DNA from: Rhizophagus irregularis
Lineage: Eukaryota
Length of the DNA stretch: 64,000 nucleotides
Reading direction: 5' to 3'
NCBI RefSeq assembly: GCF_026210795.1
Contig: NC_089430.1
Coordinates: 930,001-994,000, forward strand
The position numbers and the translations under genes were made by a program. Positions 26,695 through 39,000 of this stretch are shown one piece after another (positions within the stretch are counted from its first letter, which is position 1; each line of letters opens with the position of its first letter). A model generated the notes under the pieces. The model had not been told where the DNA came from, did not search any database, and worked only from the letters and a program-made list of their open reading frames with translations.

Positions 26695-26973
26695 CACTGG
26701 TAAAAAAATGGTCTATTCTACACATATCCTACACATATCTTACATATATCGGGTACTCAAAATGTAGAAAATCATACACAAATAATACACATATCATACA
26801 CATATCGGGTACTTATATATATAGTATACTTATCAGGTACCTGATATATGTATGATATATATATTAGTACCCGATATGTGTATGATATGTGTATTATTTG
26901 TGTATGATTTTCTACATTTTAAGTACCCAATATATGTAAGATATGTGTAGGATAAATCATTTTTTTACTAGTG
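26695..26973. mobile_element. 279-bp CACTG MITE, copy 3
   Basis: 3-bp TSD aaa; its removal restores ...TYECENGKRVRG. Confidence 0.92.
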
Positions 26974-29900
26974 AAAATGGAAAGAGAGTTCGTGGCACTT
27001 TAATCTTAGTTTCATGTGACATTCCCGCCGCAAGAAAAATTTGCGGTCATGTTTCTGCCTTAGTTTCATGTCACAGGTGTGAGAAAAAAGCAAATTATGA
27101 AAATGGGCAGCATAATTTTGCTGGAATGGATGATGTAGGGTATTCTGCTCAAGATTCGAATGAGCACCAGCAAAACGCATTAGGTTGGCGAAGATGCAAC
27201 TCAGACTGCTAAAAAGCGCTTCGTCAAAGAAACTGGCGTTAGATGGTCCGAATTGTTGCGTCTATCATATTTCGACCCTATTAGATTTATTACAGTCGAT
27301 CCAATGCATTGCTTATTTCTGGACATTGCGAAGTGGATAGTAAAACGAATTTGGATCGATGGGGGTATTTTGACACCAAATTCTTTGAACAAAATTCAGA
27401 AAAAGATGGACGAGTTTCAGATACCATCCGATTTAGGTCGAATTCCAGGAAAAATTCATAGTGGAGAGGGATTCACCAATTTTACGGCCAATCAGTGGTG
27501 AATATTCTTTACAATTTATTCAACTGTATCACTTTGGGAACACCTTTCAGACGTAGATAGAAGAATCCTGAATCATTTTGTCAGGGTTTGTTCGATTTTG
27601 GTAAATCAGATTCTAGAATTTAATTTGGTGGATGAAGCCCATAGAAGTCTTATCGAAATAGTCAAGCTCATTGAGAATCACTACGGCAGAGATAAGATCA
27701 CACCGAATCTTCATCTTTCTCTGCATTTGCGTGATTGCTCATCTGATTATGGACCATTATATGCGTTCTGGTGTTTCTCTTTTGAACGTATGAACGGTAT
27801 TTTAGGTAAATATCCGTTAACAATTTTTTAACGATTTTAATGATTTCAATATTAGCTTATAATTTATTGATTTTGCACTTTTAGGTTCGTTACCAAACAG
27901 CAACAGAAAAATTGAGTCTGAACTTATGCGTCGATTAATGTTTGATAAACAAATCGAAAATATCATAAGTTCAGGTATCGAAGTAAAAGGTCTTGAATTG
28001 CTAAACAGTCAGCGTACTATCGGGTCCCTTTCAGTTACTGATGAATTTTCGTCAGATGAGATGCATCGATTTTGGCTGAATTCACAAAATATTAAAGATT
28101 CACAGATTTCTGGCAAAGAAGGCTTCCCAGGTGAATTTCTTAAGCCAGTATCTCATAATATACTGCTTTCAAGTGAAATGTTAAATTTAATGGTCGAATA
28201 TTACAATGTGACTTACGAATCATTTGGATTTCGGAGGCTTCTTGTAGAAGGTTTTGATAACGATATAATAATTAGGGTCAAAATTAACCAATTCGGAAGG
28301 TGTCGGATTGGTTCAGAAGTCTTTGGATCGTCATTATCGTTAAGACATGTAAAAAGTTCGTACGTCTTAGCGAAATTTATTACGGATGATGAAGATGTCA
28401 ACACCTACCCAGGTCAAATTCAGTATTATTTTACTCACATAGTAGACTTTCCGGATGGTCCCGTCGAACATTTTCTAGCATACGTTCATTGGTATAAACA
28501 CGCAAATTCAACCAATATTCGATACTATTTCAGCAGTGATGAAATTTGTAATGTTGAGTTGTAGAATACCGAATTTTATCTAATAAGTCGTGATTGTATA
28601 ATACCTATGCATCATATTTTAGGTAGATTTGTACCAGTAAGTTACCAAATCTCAAACCGGCAAAATGCAAAAGAGTATTTAGCCGTAAATCCAATTAGTA
28701 GAAAATACCAATTATAAACTTATAAGTTTTAGACATAAATTTATAATAAATTGAGTAATTGACTATAAATTTGGTGTTGATTTTTTCCGAATTTCTGAAT
28801 TTTAATGACAAATCATGTTTTTCAAAAGTTAATTTTGATGACTTTTTTTGTATCAATCAGCCGTCAATCAAATATAATGATTTTTTGCCAAATTTTTATT
28901 GAATTTTTATTGAATTGTCAATTTTCCATAAATTGGAAGTACATATTTGAATATTGGGCAAATTTTAGGTTGATTTGCCATTTGTCCGATTTTTTTTTTG
29001 ATTTCAACCAGTATCAATCAGCCGTCAATCAAATATAATGATTTTTTGCCGAATTTTTATTGAATTGTCAATTTTCCATAAATTGGAAGTACATATTTGA
29101 ATATTAGGCAAATTTTAGGTTGATTTGCCATTTGTCTGATTTTTTTTTTGATTTCAACTAGCATCAATCAGCCGTCAATCAAATATGATGATTTTTTTCT
29201 GGATTTTCATTAAATTGTCCGATTGGCATCAATCAGATGTGCCGATTTGTAATGTCAGTCGATTTTAGTCTGATTTTTAGCTGATTTTCCATATGTCCAA
29301 TTTTTTTGATTTCGACCAGTGACAAATTCCTCTTCCCATATTCTAGAACTTCTATACATGATCAACGGATTTTCTCTTAAGAGAATTCTTATACCTCTAA
29401 ATAGTAGACCTCTCTGGTAGATAGACAAAGACAAAAATAAAGATATTCGTCAAACCCAAATATTTATCTTCATATTGTCTTGAGAATGTGATCTATTACA
29501 GTAAGTTATTGTTGTGGACTCTAAAGAGAAGGAAGAGACTCTTGGTGACTACTGACATCTACATACTCTACATATAATAAAAGAAAATAGGTAAACTATG
29601 AGCATAACACTAGGTCACTGCTAGCTTCGTTCACAAAAAAAAATAGTGTAACTAAGAAAACAGTAAGAGTACCCATGGATATGGTAACATGTGATACAGA
29701 GTATTTTTTGAAACAAGTTCCGAAAATCCACACGGATAAACATGGTAACATATAATGAACAGAAGCATTTAAATATATTTATCACTATCCGAATCGTAAT
29801 ATAATAGGGACAAAAAAATTTCAATTTCCGCTTCTCAGTTGGAGACTGCTCAAAGGATACAAAAATACTTAGGTATGAACTATCGCAAAATCTATTTATT

Positions 29901-30038
29901 ATACCATAATATGCATTAGCTCCTTAACAAGGCACCTTTGTCAAGAAACTGACCATAACTTAGCCAAAACTAAACTGTAAGTGACTGGTATAACAGTTAT
30001 AGAATTAACCAAATTATGGTTTGTCAGGACACACAATA

Positions 30039-30149
30039 TATGACTAAAAATATATGTATGACTAAAATTGTATGACTAAAATTGTATGACTAAAATTGTA
30101 TGACTAAAATTGTATGACTAAAATTGTATGACTAAAATTGTATGACTAA
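30039..30149. repeat. 14-bp minisatellite (tgtatgactaaaat)n
   Basis: About 7-8 copies visible. Confidence 0.9.
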
Positions 30150-33100
30150 ACTTACCTACTAGTCCCGTAATTTTGATGTTCTTAAAATTGTCCGATCCTT
30201 ACAATAATAACTAGGCGAAATATACCCATCTACCTTGACCAGTTATACTGCCTTGAGTTCTTCAAGTCCAATGTGGCGAACCCCATCTTTGAGAGACCAG
30301 ACAAAACCTCTATGACAAGAAGTATCACATACGAGAAGAAATCAGTCCCAAATGGAACACGCTACGCAGCTTGATTTCATACAAAGGTTTTTTCTTTGTT
30401 TAATTTCGTTATAATATTTTTTTCGACATAAAAATTACTAAGCAGATACCTTTAAATGATGTATACGGGAAATTATTATTTCACTTCGTAGATAAGGCCC
30501 AGGACTGAGCGGGATTTAAAAAATGTGTAAACTTTTTTTACTAGGCAGGCCTACAAAGTAAACTTATATTAGTGTTAGGCATTTTCGGATTTCATTTTTT
30601 TACACATCGAAGAGAGGAATCACTTATTTTTGTTTAAAACAGATTCTATTTTCACGTAGACTATTGGTTTTTAAAATCTTTAGTCTTCGGTATAGTTATG
30701 GATGATGAATGACAATAGTAACAATTACATCCAGGACAGAGAAGTGCGATTATCGTTAGCATACGCAAGATGCAAGGCTTTAATAGCGCCTCCATCCCTT
30801 TCTCTATTTCGTTAACGAGCGATTAACTGTTTCTCTTTGAATAACTCATGATATAATTTGTATAGGTGTTCTACACTTGAGAAGATTTGCTTATTCGCAT
30901 ATCATTTTCTGTATCTAGCTAATGACCGTGGACTTCGCCCAGCCAAGGGCTCTTGCCGCTCAACCACGCTTTTTTCATTAACCCATTCACTGTAATCGAA
31001 TAACATACAAACGTATAAAAAAGTCTTCAGTCTATGTAATGGACCTTCTAAGGAAGTGATTTTATCCAGGGAACCTTCAAAGAAGTGAAGTGAAATTAGT
31101 CCAGTCCTGGAGGGACCACCAGAGGTGTGAAATGGACCTTCAAAGAAGTAAAGGGAAATAACTACGGCAATATTTCTCACATATTCATTCGGATTCTCTT
31201 CTTGTTATAGTCTGCTTACGTAACCAGCATATTCTCTTATAAACCTACTATCCTTTTTGTATCGTGTACAAATCCTTCTTCCATTATTTTGATCTGTACT
31301 TTTTTTATATCTTTCCACGTGATAGTTTTTCTGCCGTTATTTCCATAGCAATGAACTGTTTTCGTGTATTCAAGTCAGTTATAAAATTTTGATTTCGAAA
31401 ATATGTAACTAAAAAGAGCTTTGCACTCTCTTAACCCATCTGACATGTGCAATTGATTGAAACTTCTGTAGGAAATTATGGTCAAATTTCTTCGGCTTTG
31501 ATTGTATCTTCTCTATTGCCTTACAGTGATATTACATATTCATCCGATACTTCTTCCGGCAGTATCATGTGTCATTAACATTCTCAATTTATCCAGAGCC
31601 TGCTCACGAAGACATTATTCTCACGTATGTATTTTCCTAAACTAAATTTTCTTTATCAAATTCCATTTGATGTTTCGCCTCCCAGTTATTCTTATATGAT
31701 TTCGACTACAAGAGCATTCCTTACGCTGAACTTTGTTATTGAGTCTAGTTGTTATTGTCCAGGCTAGGCGTAATGTTGGTATGATATTGGATACTTTTGA
31801 TAACGAAGCAAATTAAAACACTAAACAATATAAGAATGAAGAAATGTTAATAACGTACTGTACACATAATATCTGATAACCTACTTGATTGTAATGAGAG
31901 GAATCAATCATTGAAACGATGTTGAATTATTGCAAGCATACTACATATATGTTTGTCTACGTCATTCCATAGAATACTGTATATGTTGTTCACTAATTAC
32001 TACGGTGTACCGTTTGAACGAAAAGTGCCAAAATTTCGAAAAATTGATTTTTCGATTTTTGAATTTTCAAAATCTCCTTATAAGGAGATTCTCCTTATAA
32101 GGAAAATCTCCTTTTATGGCAATGTAACGTTACACAAATGTCCAAATAAGGAAGTTTGTATTACCAAATTTCCTTTTTTGGACGTTTTGTGTAACGTAGA
32201 TCTATCCTATAAAAGGAAAATTTCCTTATAAGGCGATTTTAAAAGTTCAAAATTTCGAAATTTCGAAATTTCAAAAAAAAATTACCATAAAAGGAAATTT
32301 TTTTTAAGATTTTTGAAATTTTGAAATTTCGAAATTTTGAATTTGAAAATCGCCTTTTAAGGAAATTTTCCTTTTATGTAAGGGATCTACGTTGCACAAT
32401 ATTTAATTTATAGTGCCAGCCAGAATTATAATCTCCTTATATGGAAATTTTGTTTAAAAATATTTTTTTAACAAATCTGGTGGCTAAACTATTTACCCGA
32501 ATTCCGAAATCATGTGTTAATATTTATTTTTACCAAAAATTGGAGTAATCCTGGCCGGATTTAAGAAAAATATTAATGTAACGTTACACAAATTTCCAAA
32601 AAGGAAATTTTGCTTCTCGCAAAAAATTGGAAATTTGGTTTCACAAATACTCCAAAAAAGGAAATTTACATGGCGATCACTTAATTCCGGCCAGCATTAT
32701 AAATTTTTTATATTCTTTATTAATTAAAAAAATTTAATTTTTTTAATAAACTTTTAATTTTTTTTTTAATGATCTATATATACTTTATTAATATTAAGTT
32801 CATATACCATATAAACAAATTATCATAAGCTATATCCATCCAATAGAATGCAATCATCAAAATAATAAACTTTTAATAAACTTTAACTTTTTAATTTTTT
32901 TTAATAATAATAATTATTATTATTATTATTAGCATTATATTAATTTTTTAATTATGCAAAATAATTATCAATTTTACCAATGGCTGGTATTTTCTAATAT
33001 TTGTATTTGAATAATACATATTTTTAATGAAGAAAAAGCAATATATGATAAAATTTATATTAATAAAATTTTTAATAATTTTTATTTTTTTTTGTTTTTT

Positions 33101-33754
33101 TATCAAATTTTCAATTATACAAAATAAATATTTATATTTAAGTGATGTATTAAATATGTTTTTAATGAAAAGAAAACAATATATAATGAATTTATTTAAT
33201 ATTCTTTTTAATAAATTTTTTTATAATTTTTATATTTTTATTTTTTAATTTTTCTTAAAAAACTTTTTAACTTTTAACTTTTCTTAATAAACTTTTTAAT
33301 TTTTTTGTTTTCTTTTATCAAGTTATTTTCAATTATACAAAATAATTATCAATTTTACTAATGGCTAGCATTTTCCAATATCTGTATTTAAGCGATATAT
33401 TAATATTTTTAATGAAGAGAAAGCAATATATGATAATATAAAACTTATATAATATTCTTTTTAATAAATTTTTAATAATTTTTATATTTTTTTTAATAAA
33501 CTTTTTTTATAAACTTTTTAATTTTTCTTAATAAACATTTTAATTTTTTTTAATAAGCTTTTTAATTTTTTTTAATTTTTTTTGTTGATTTTTTTATCAA
33601 ATTTTCAATTATACAAAATAATTATTACTGATTTTATTAATAACTCAATATTTGTATTTAAGTGATATATTAAACATATTTTTAATGAAAAGAAAACAAT
33701 ATATAATAAACTTATTTAATATTCTTTTTAATAAAATTTTTTATAATTTTTATA

Positions 33755-35596
33755 GGAATATGTTTTTTTTTCACCTGCAATATGTCACATCTTCCTTTTT
33801 TTTTGGTAATTTTTTATATTAATTATGTTAATCATTTTGATCATATGACTTTGTTAAGATTTCCCTTTTTTTAAAAAAATCCTGGTGTGAAACCTTATGC
33901 ACTTATTATGTACTATAAGAAACCTTATACTATATGTATTTTTAACTGCTCTGCAAGTTTTCTTAATATATCAAAAGAGATTTAAATTGTCATTTTGACT
34001 TTTATATGTAATATGTTATAGGAATCCCTATAAGAAATATGTATACGGAAAGGATACATTTTGTATATATTTTATGTACGTTTTTATAGATTCTGTATAC
34101 AAATTCTGTATATTTAATAAGCAATTCATTTTTGAACATTTTTTAAAAAAACTAATGTATACAGAAAAAATTAATCATGCGGAATGTATACGGAATTTTT
34201 AAACTTAAGATAATTTTACCCATCATAACACGAGATCACATGATTGTTTATTGTTTTGTTATGATACATTTTTTGTTTTTTATATAAACTCTTACTTTGA
34301 TAAGTTTGATCTTCCGATCTTCCTTTCTGTCTTTCCTTTCCTTTCTCTTTCTCTTATCTTATTTTTGTTATTTTTTCTAAATTTTTCTTCTTTCTTTGTC
34401 ACCCCCTTTTAAAAATAATTTTTTTTTTCGTACCTCACTTTAAAAAAAATTTTTTTTCGTCACTCTCCTTTGAAAAAAAATTTTTTTTTGTCACTTCCTT
34501 AAAAAAAATTTTTTTCTTTTATTCCCACTCTTCTTTTTTTTGAAAAAAAATTTCTTCTTTCTATTTCTATTTCCTCTTTATAAAAAAAATTTTTATTTTT
34601 CTAACTTTGACGTCCTCCTTTAAAAAAAAATTTTTTTTTAACTTTCCTAACTTCGTTATCCCTCTTTTTTAAAAAATATTTTTTTTGGTTTATTCTTTAT
34701 TTCCCTTTCTTCTTTATTTATATTTAATTTCATAGGCCAGCAGATTTTTTTTGTGAGAATATTCAGTTTCTTTTTTTTTTTTTTGTAGATCAGTTTGGAA
34801 GTCCTTTTCTTTTTGTAGGATGATTCAGGATTTTTTTTCTTTTTTTAAGTCAGTTCAAATTTTTTTGTTTTTTTGTATGTTGGGTTCAAATTCTTTTCTT
34901 TTTGTAGGTTGTTTCAGTTTTGTTGCTTTAGAGTCTTCTTTTTTTGTAGGTCAGTTTTGGATTTATTTTGTTGTTTTGGTTTCTTTTTCATCAGATACTT
35001 CATAATTCTTTTCATTTATGTAGGTCAGACATTCTGGAGTTCTCTTTTTTTTTTTGTAGGAATGCTGACCTTTGGTAACTTAGACGATTGCAGATACTAT
35101 ATGAAGGGGGGTTTTGTTTCCAATTAAGTTAGACGTTCTTATGTTTCTTTTTTTTGTTCTTTTAGGTTGTTTGATCCAAATGAACCTGGACTTATAGATA
35201 ATTTAGGTTGCAATAGGTGGTTTTAATAAAGAGGGAATTTTCATAATGTATTTGTACTTTGTTTATTTTTTATTTTTTATTTAATTTAATAAAGTGAAAT
35301 TAGATTTATGTAAATACAATTATAGTAAACTGTAATACAAATAGTAAATTCAGTGACCAAATCGTATAAATTTCGTGATAAAATCAGTGATCAAATCATG
35401 TAAATTCCATATAAATTCCGTGCAAATTCCGTATCCAAACCATATTTTTGGTGATACGGAATTGTGCATTTTTCCATATCCTATTATAATACGTTATTTC
35501 TAAGGAAAAAAAATCGTATAAAAACTTTATAAAAAACGTATCCAGTTTTTTTATAGGGAATGCGACATAACACAGGTGTGATAAAAAATAAAACCC
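33755..35596. mobile_element. MULE-like MITE (about 310 bp) expanded by a nested insertion
   Basis: 9-bp TSD atttttata on both sides; degenerate G-initiated TIRs (..tcacctgcaatatgtcacat / atgcgacataacacaggtgtga..). Confidence 0.6.
34026..35558. mobile_element. Non-autonomous element with CCCTATAA termini and 3-bp TSD (CACTA-like)
   Basis: ccctataa...ttataggg; TSD aat; subterminal tacgga/tccgta motifs. Confidence 0.7.
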
Positions 35597-35904
35597 ATTT
35601 TTATATTTTTATTTTTTAATTTTTCTTAAAAAACTTTTTTTTCTTTTAACTTTTCTTAATAAATTTTTTTCAATTATACAAAATGATTATCAATTTTACT
35701 AATGGCTAGCATTTTCCAATATTTGTATTTAAACGATATATTAATGTTTTTAATAAAGAGAAAGCAATATATGATAAAACTTATATAATATTCTTTTAAA
35801 TAATTTTTTTATTTTTTTAATAAATTATAATAAACTTTTTTTATAAACTTTTTAATTTTTCTTAATGAACATTTTAATTTTTTTTTTTATCAAATTTTCA
35901 ATTA

Positions 35905-36059
35905 CAATCAACCCTTGTTATAACAAACCCTAGATTCTAGACCTCAACTTCACTATAAGGCTATAGTGAAGATTTTAAGAGATTTAATTGGTTAATTTAT
36001 TATAACAAGGGAAATTTATTATAGTTGTCTGAAAAATTCACTATATCAAGGGTTGACTG
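35905..36059. mobile_element. 155-bp Tc1/mariner (pogo-like) MITE
   Basis: TIR caatcaacccttg / caagggttgactg flanked by TA on both sides. Confidence 0.8.
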
Positions 36060-39000
36060 TATACAAAATAATTATCAATTTTACTATTAGCTAGCATTTT
36101 CCAATATCTGTATTTAAACGATATATTAATGTTTTTAATGAAAAGAAAGCAATATATAATAAAACTTATATAATATTCTTTTTAAATAATTATTATATTT
36201 TTTTAATAAATTATAATAAACTTTTTTTATAAACTTTTTAATTTTTCTTAATAAACATTTTAATTTTTTTTAATAAGCTTTTTAATTTTTTTTAATTTTT
36301 TTTGTTAATTTTTTTATTAAATTTTCAATTATACAAAATAATTATTACTGATTTAATTAATAACTCAATATTTGTATTTAAGTGATATATTAAACATATT
36401 TTTAATGAAAAGAAAACAATATATAATAAACTTATTTAATATTCTTTTTAATAAAATTTTTTAATAAATATTCTTTTTAATAAATATTCTTTTCTTTTTA
36501 ATAAATTGTTTTAATAAATATTCTTTTTTTTATAAATTAAAATTAATATAAATTTGAAAATCATAAAATAAGCATATCTTAATCTGTTTTATAAGTTTAT
36601 TTAAAGAAAAAAAATAGTTTTTAAATACTATTTTTAACTTTATATTTAAACAAAGATTTTGCTAATTATATCCAAAAATAGAAAAACAAAAAATAAAAAT
36701 TTAAATAAATTGAAAATGGCATTTAAAACCTCATTTTGTATTTTAAGTAAACTTATAGAGCAGATTAAAATAGTACATTTAATATATATGTTTAAGAGAT
36801 TGTATTATTTTATATATATGGTGAAAATTTTATTTAGAAAAAAATGTTTTTTTGAAATTATATAATTTACTTCTACTTTAGACATTCTTCAAAAAGGAAA
36901 GTGTAATGCATTATATATGTAATGAATAAATTTACTTATAATAAAATAATATAAAAAGGATATTAAAGGCAAATATTGGAAAGACTTATTGGAAAAAATA
37001 TAAAAAATTTATTAAAAAAAAATTTTATTAATTTGCATTTTAGGTAAAATTATCTAAAATAAAATTTAGCAGTTAAACAATTGTTAAAATTTAGCCTACA
37101 ACATTACTACTAGCTAATAATAAATAATAACAGATTAATTATTGAAAATAAAAAATAGAAAGTATAATGTCTGTAATAAATAGCTTTTTTAGTATTATTA
37201 CAAAATTTTTCTTATATAATTATAGCAAAAATTTATCTCCTTATACTTTAAATACTCTTCACATTTCCATTTTTATAAGTATTCTAAAAACAGAATTTTT
37301 TCAGTAATTAAAATCTATTTATTATGATCTTATTTATCATATGGTTCATAATGCTAGCCAAAAAATCATGAAAAAAAAATTTTGTAGTAATACTACTAAT
37401 AAATTAAATAAAAATTAAAGAATATAAAAGAATATTAAAAAGAATATTAAAAAAATTATCACACTATAATTAAGCTATAATGCTGGCCGGAATTAAGTGA
37501 TCTCCATATAAATTTCCTTTTTTGGAGTATTTGTGAAACCAAATTTCCAATTTTTTGCGAGAAGTAAATTTCCTTTTTTGGAAATTTGTGTAACGTTACA
37601 TTAATAATTTTCTTAAATCCGCCCAGGATTACTCCAATTTTTGGTAGAAATTAAATATTTCCTTTTTTGAAAATTTGATCACAAGTAACTGTAAAATTAA
37701 TAAAATCAATTATAATTCCGGCCAGAATTACAATCACATGATTTCGGAATTCGGGTAAATAGTTTAGCCACCAGATTTGTTAAAAAAATATTTTTAAACA
37801 AAATTTCCGTATAAGGAGATTATAATTCTGGCTGGCACTATAAATTAAATATTGTGCGACGTAGATCCCTTACATAAAAGGAAAATTTCCTTAAAAGGCG
37901 ATTTTCAAATTCAAAATTTCGAAATTTCGAAATTTCAAAAATCTTAAAAAAATTTCCTTTTATGGTAATTTTTTTTTGAAATTTCGAAATTTTGAAATTT
38001 TGAACTTTTAAAATCGCCTTATAAGGAAATTTTCCTTTTATAGGATAGATCTACGTTACACAAAACGTCCAAAAAAGGAAATTTGGTAATACAAACTTCC
38101 TTATTTGGACATTTGTGTAACGTTACATTGCCATAAAAGGAGATTTTCCTTATAAGGAGAATCTCCTTATAAGGAGATTTTAAAATTCAAAAATTCGAAA
38201 AATCAATTTTTCGAAATTTTGGCACTTTTCATCCAAACGGTACACCGTAAATTACTTCTGCACGTAAAATATACTGCACTTGCTAGCAGTAATACTCTGA
38301 ACAAATTTCAGAGTGTCATGTGTCATTTTTAATGACGTAGTCAAATTCTCTTGTTAGATTCGTTACAGATTTTTATGACGTCTGGTATTCTCATTGTGAA
38401 TTGTTTCGTTAGACGTGATGACTAAGTAGAGTATAGAATTTCCTTGAAAGGCGCTAAAGCATAGTTAGAGAAAATATGTTGCTGGTTATAAATCATAGAC
38501 GATAGGCGATAAAGCAAATCATGAAAGTTAGCCTTAGCACGGAATGCCTGAAGAGTATTCTTTCAGAATGTACTTGTAACAGATGCGTTTCAGTTTATTC
38601 CCAATAAAAATCATATAGTTACGATCTGCAGTATCGTTCATGTGCGTAGTATTATCTGATAAAGTTATCACCTTCAGAACGTAATAAATTTGTTATCCAA
38701 GACTCTAAGTCAGTGAACTACGTAACTCTTTCAATCATTAAAGTCTCTTGTTATACAAAATGCATTTTTAATTTGGTTACCGCTTTTGCTATCAAAATCT
38801 ACTAAAAGAAATTAAGGGATATCATAGAGTAAATTGTCGTGACAATATGGCCAGTTTATAGTGACAAAAATGAAAAATAACCTACGTTGTTATCAAAAAT
38901 GTTACATTTTTTGTAATGCACCCTCACTTTGTATATGCAGGCTATGTCTACGAAGTAAATTTTCAGGTTCGTTTTGGTTAGAACTAATGAAGGTTACTAG

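Larger units (their letters stand above)
16365..28717 (+). pseudogene. CACTA (Transposase_21/TnpD-type) transposase of element A, split by element C (17405-26220) and a MITE (26695-26973)
   Basis: CPKCHKLY; DIYDGQVWK; NLDWFQ; CDIPAARKICGH; DPMHCL; TPNLHLSLHL; DYGPLYAFWCFSFERMNG; YPGQIQYYF; intron 27806-27884; several stops and frameshifts. Confidence 0.88.
2261..29321 (+). mobile_element. CACTA/EnSpm DNA transposon A (CACTG termini), host of several nested insertions
   Basis: Termini cactggttgaaat and atttcgaccagtg; subterminal ccgat/atcgg repeats at both ends; interrupted transposase 16365-28717 and divergent second gene 6230-8490. The 3-bp flanks do not match (tat/aca). Confidence 0.75.
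32001..38249. mobile_element. Non-autonomous long-TIR DNA element, IS3EU-like (TAC...GTA ends, 6-bp TSD)
   Basis: Inverted repeats of more than 500 bp starting tacggtgtaccgtttg / caaacggtacaccgta; TSD aattac at 31995-32000 and 38250-38255; AT-rich repetitive non-coding interior. Superfamily inferred from termini only. Confidence 0.85.

Noticed and set aside
30039..30149. Telomere-like or functional repeat
   Set aside because: Simple 14-bp minisatellite without a TTAGGG-type motif or associated structure
29322..32000. Possible host genes in mixed-composition intervals (also 280-2260, 38256-40360, 45883-47070, 50830-52340)
   Set aside because: Only short ORFs with no recognisable motifs; probably old decayed sequence that cannot be assigned by eye
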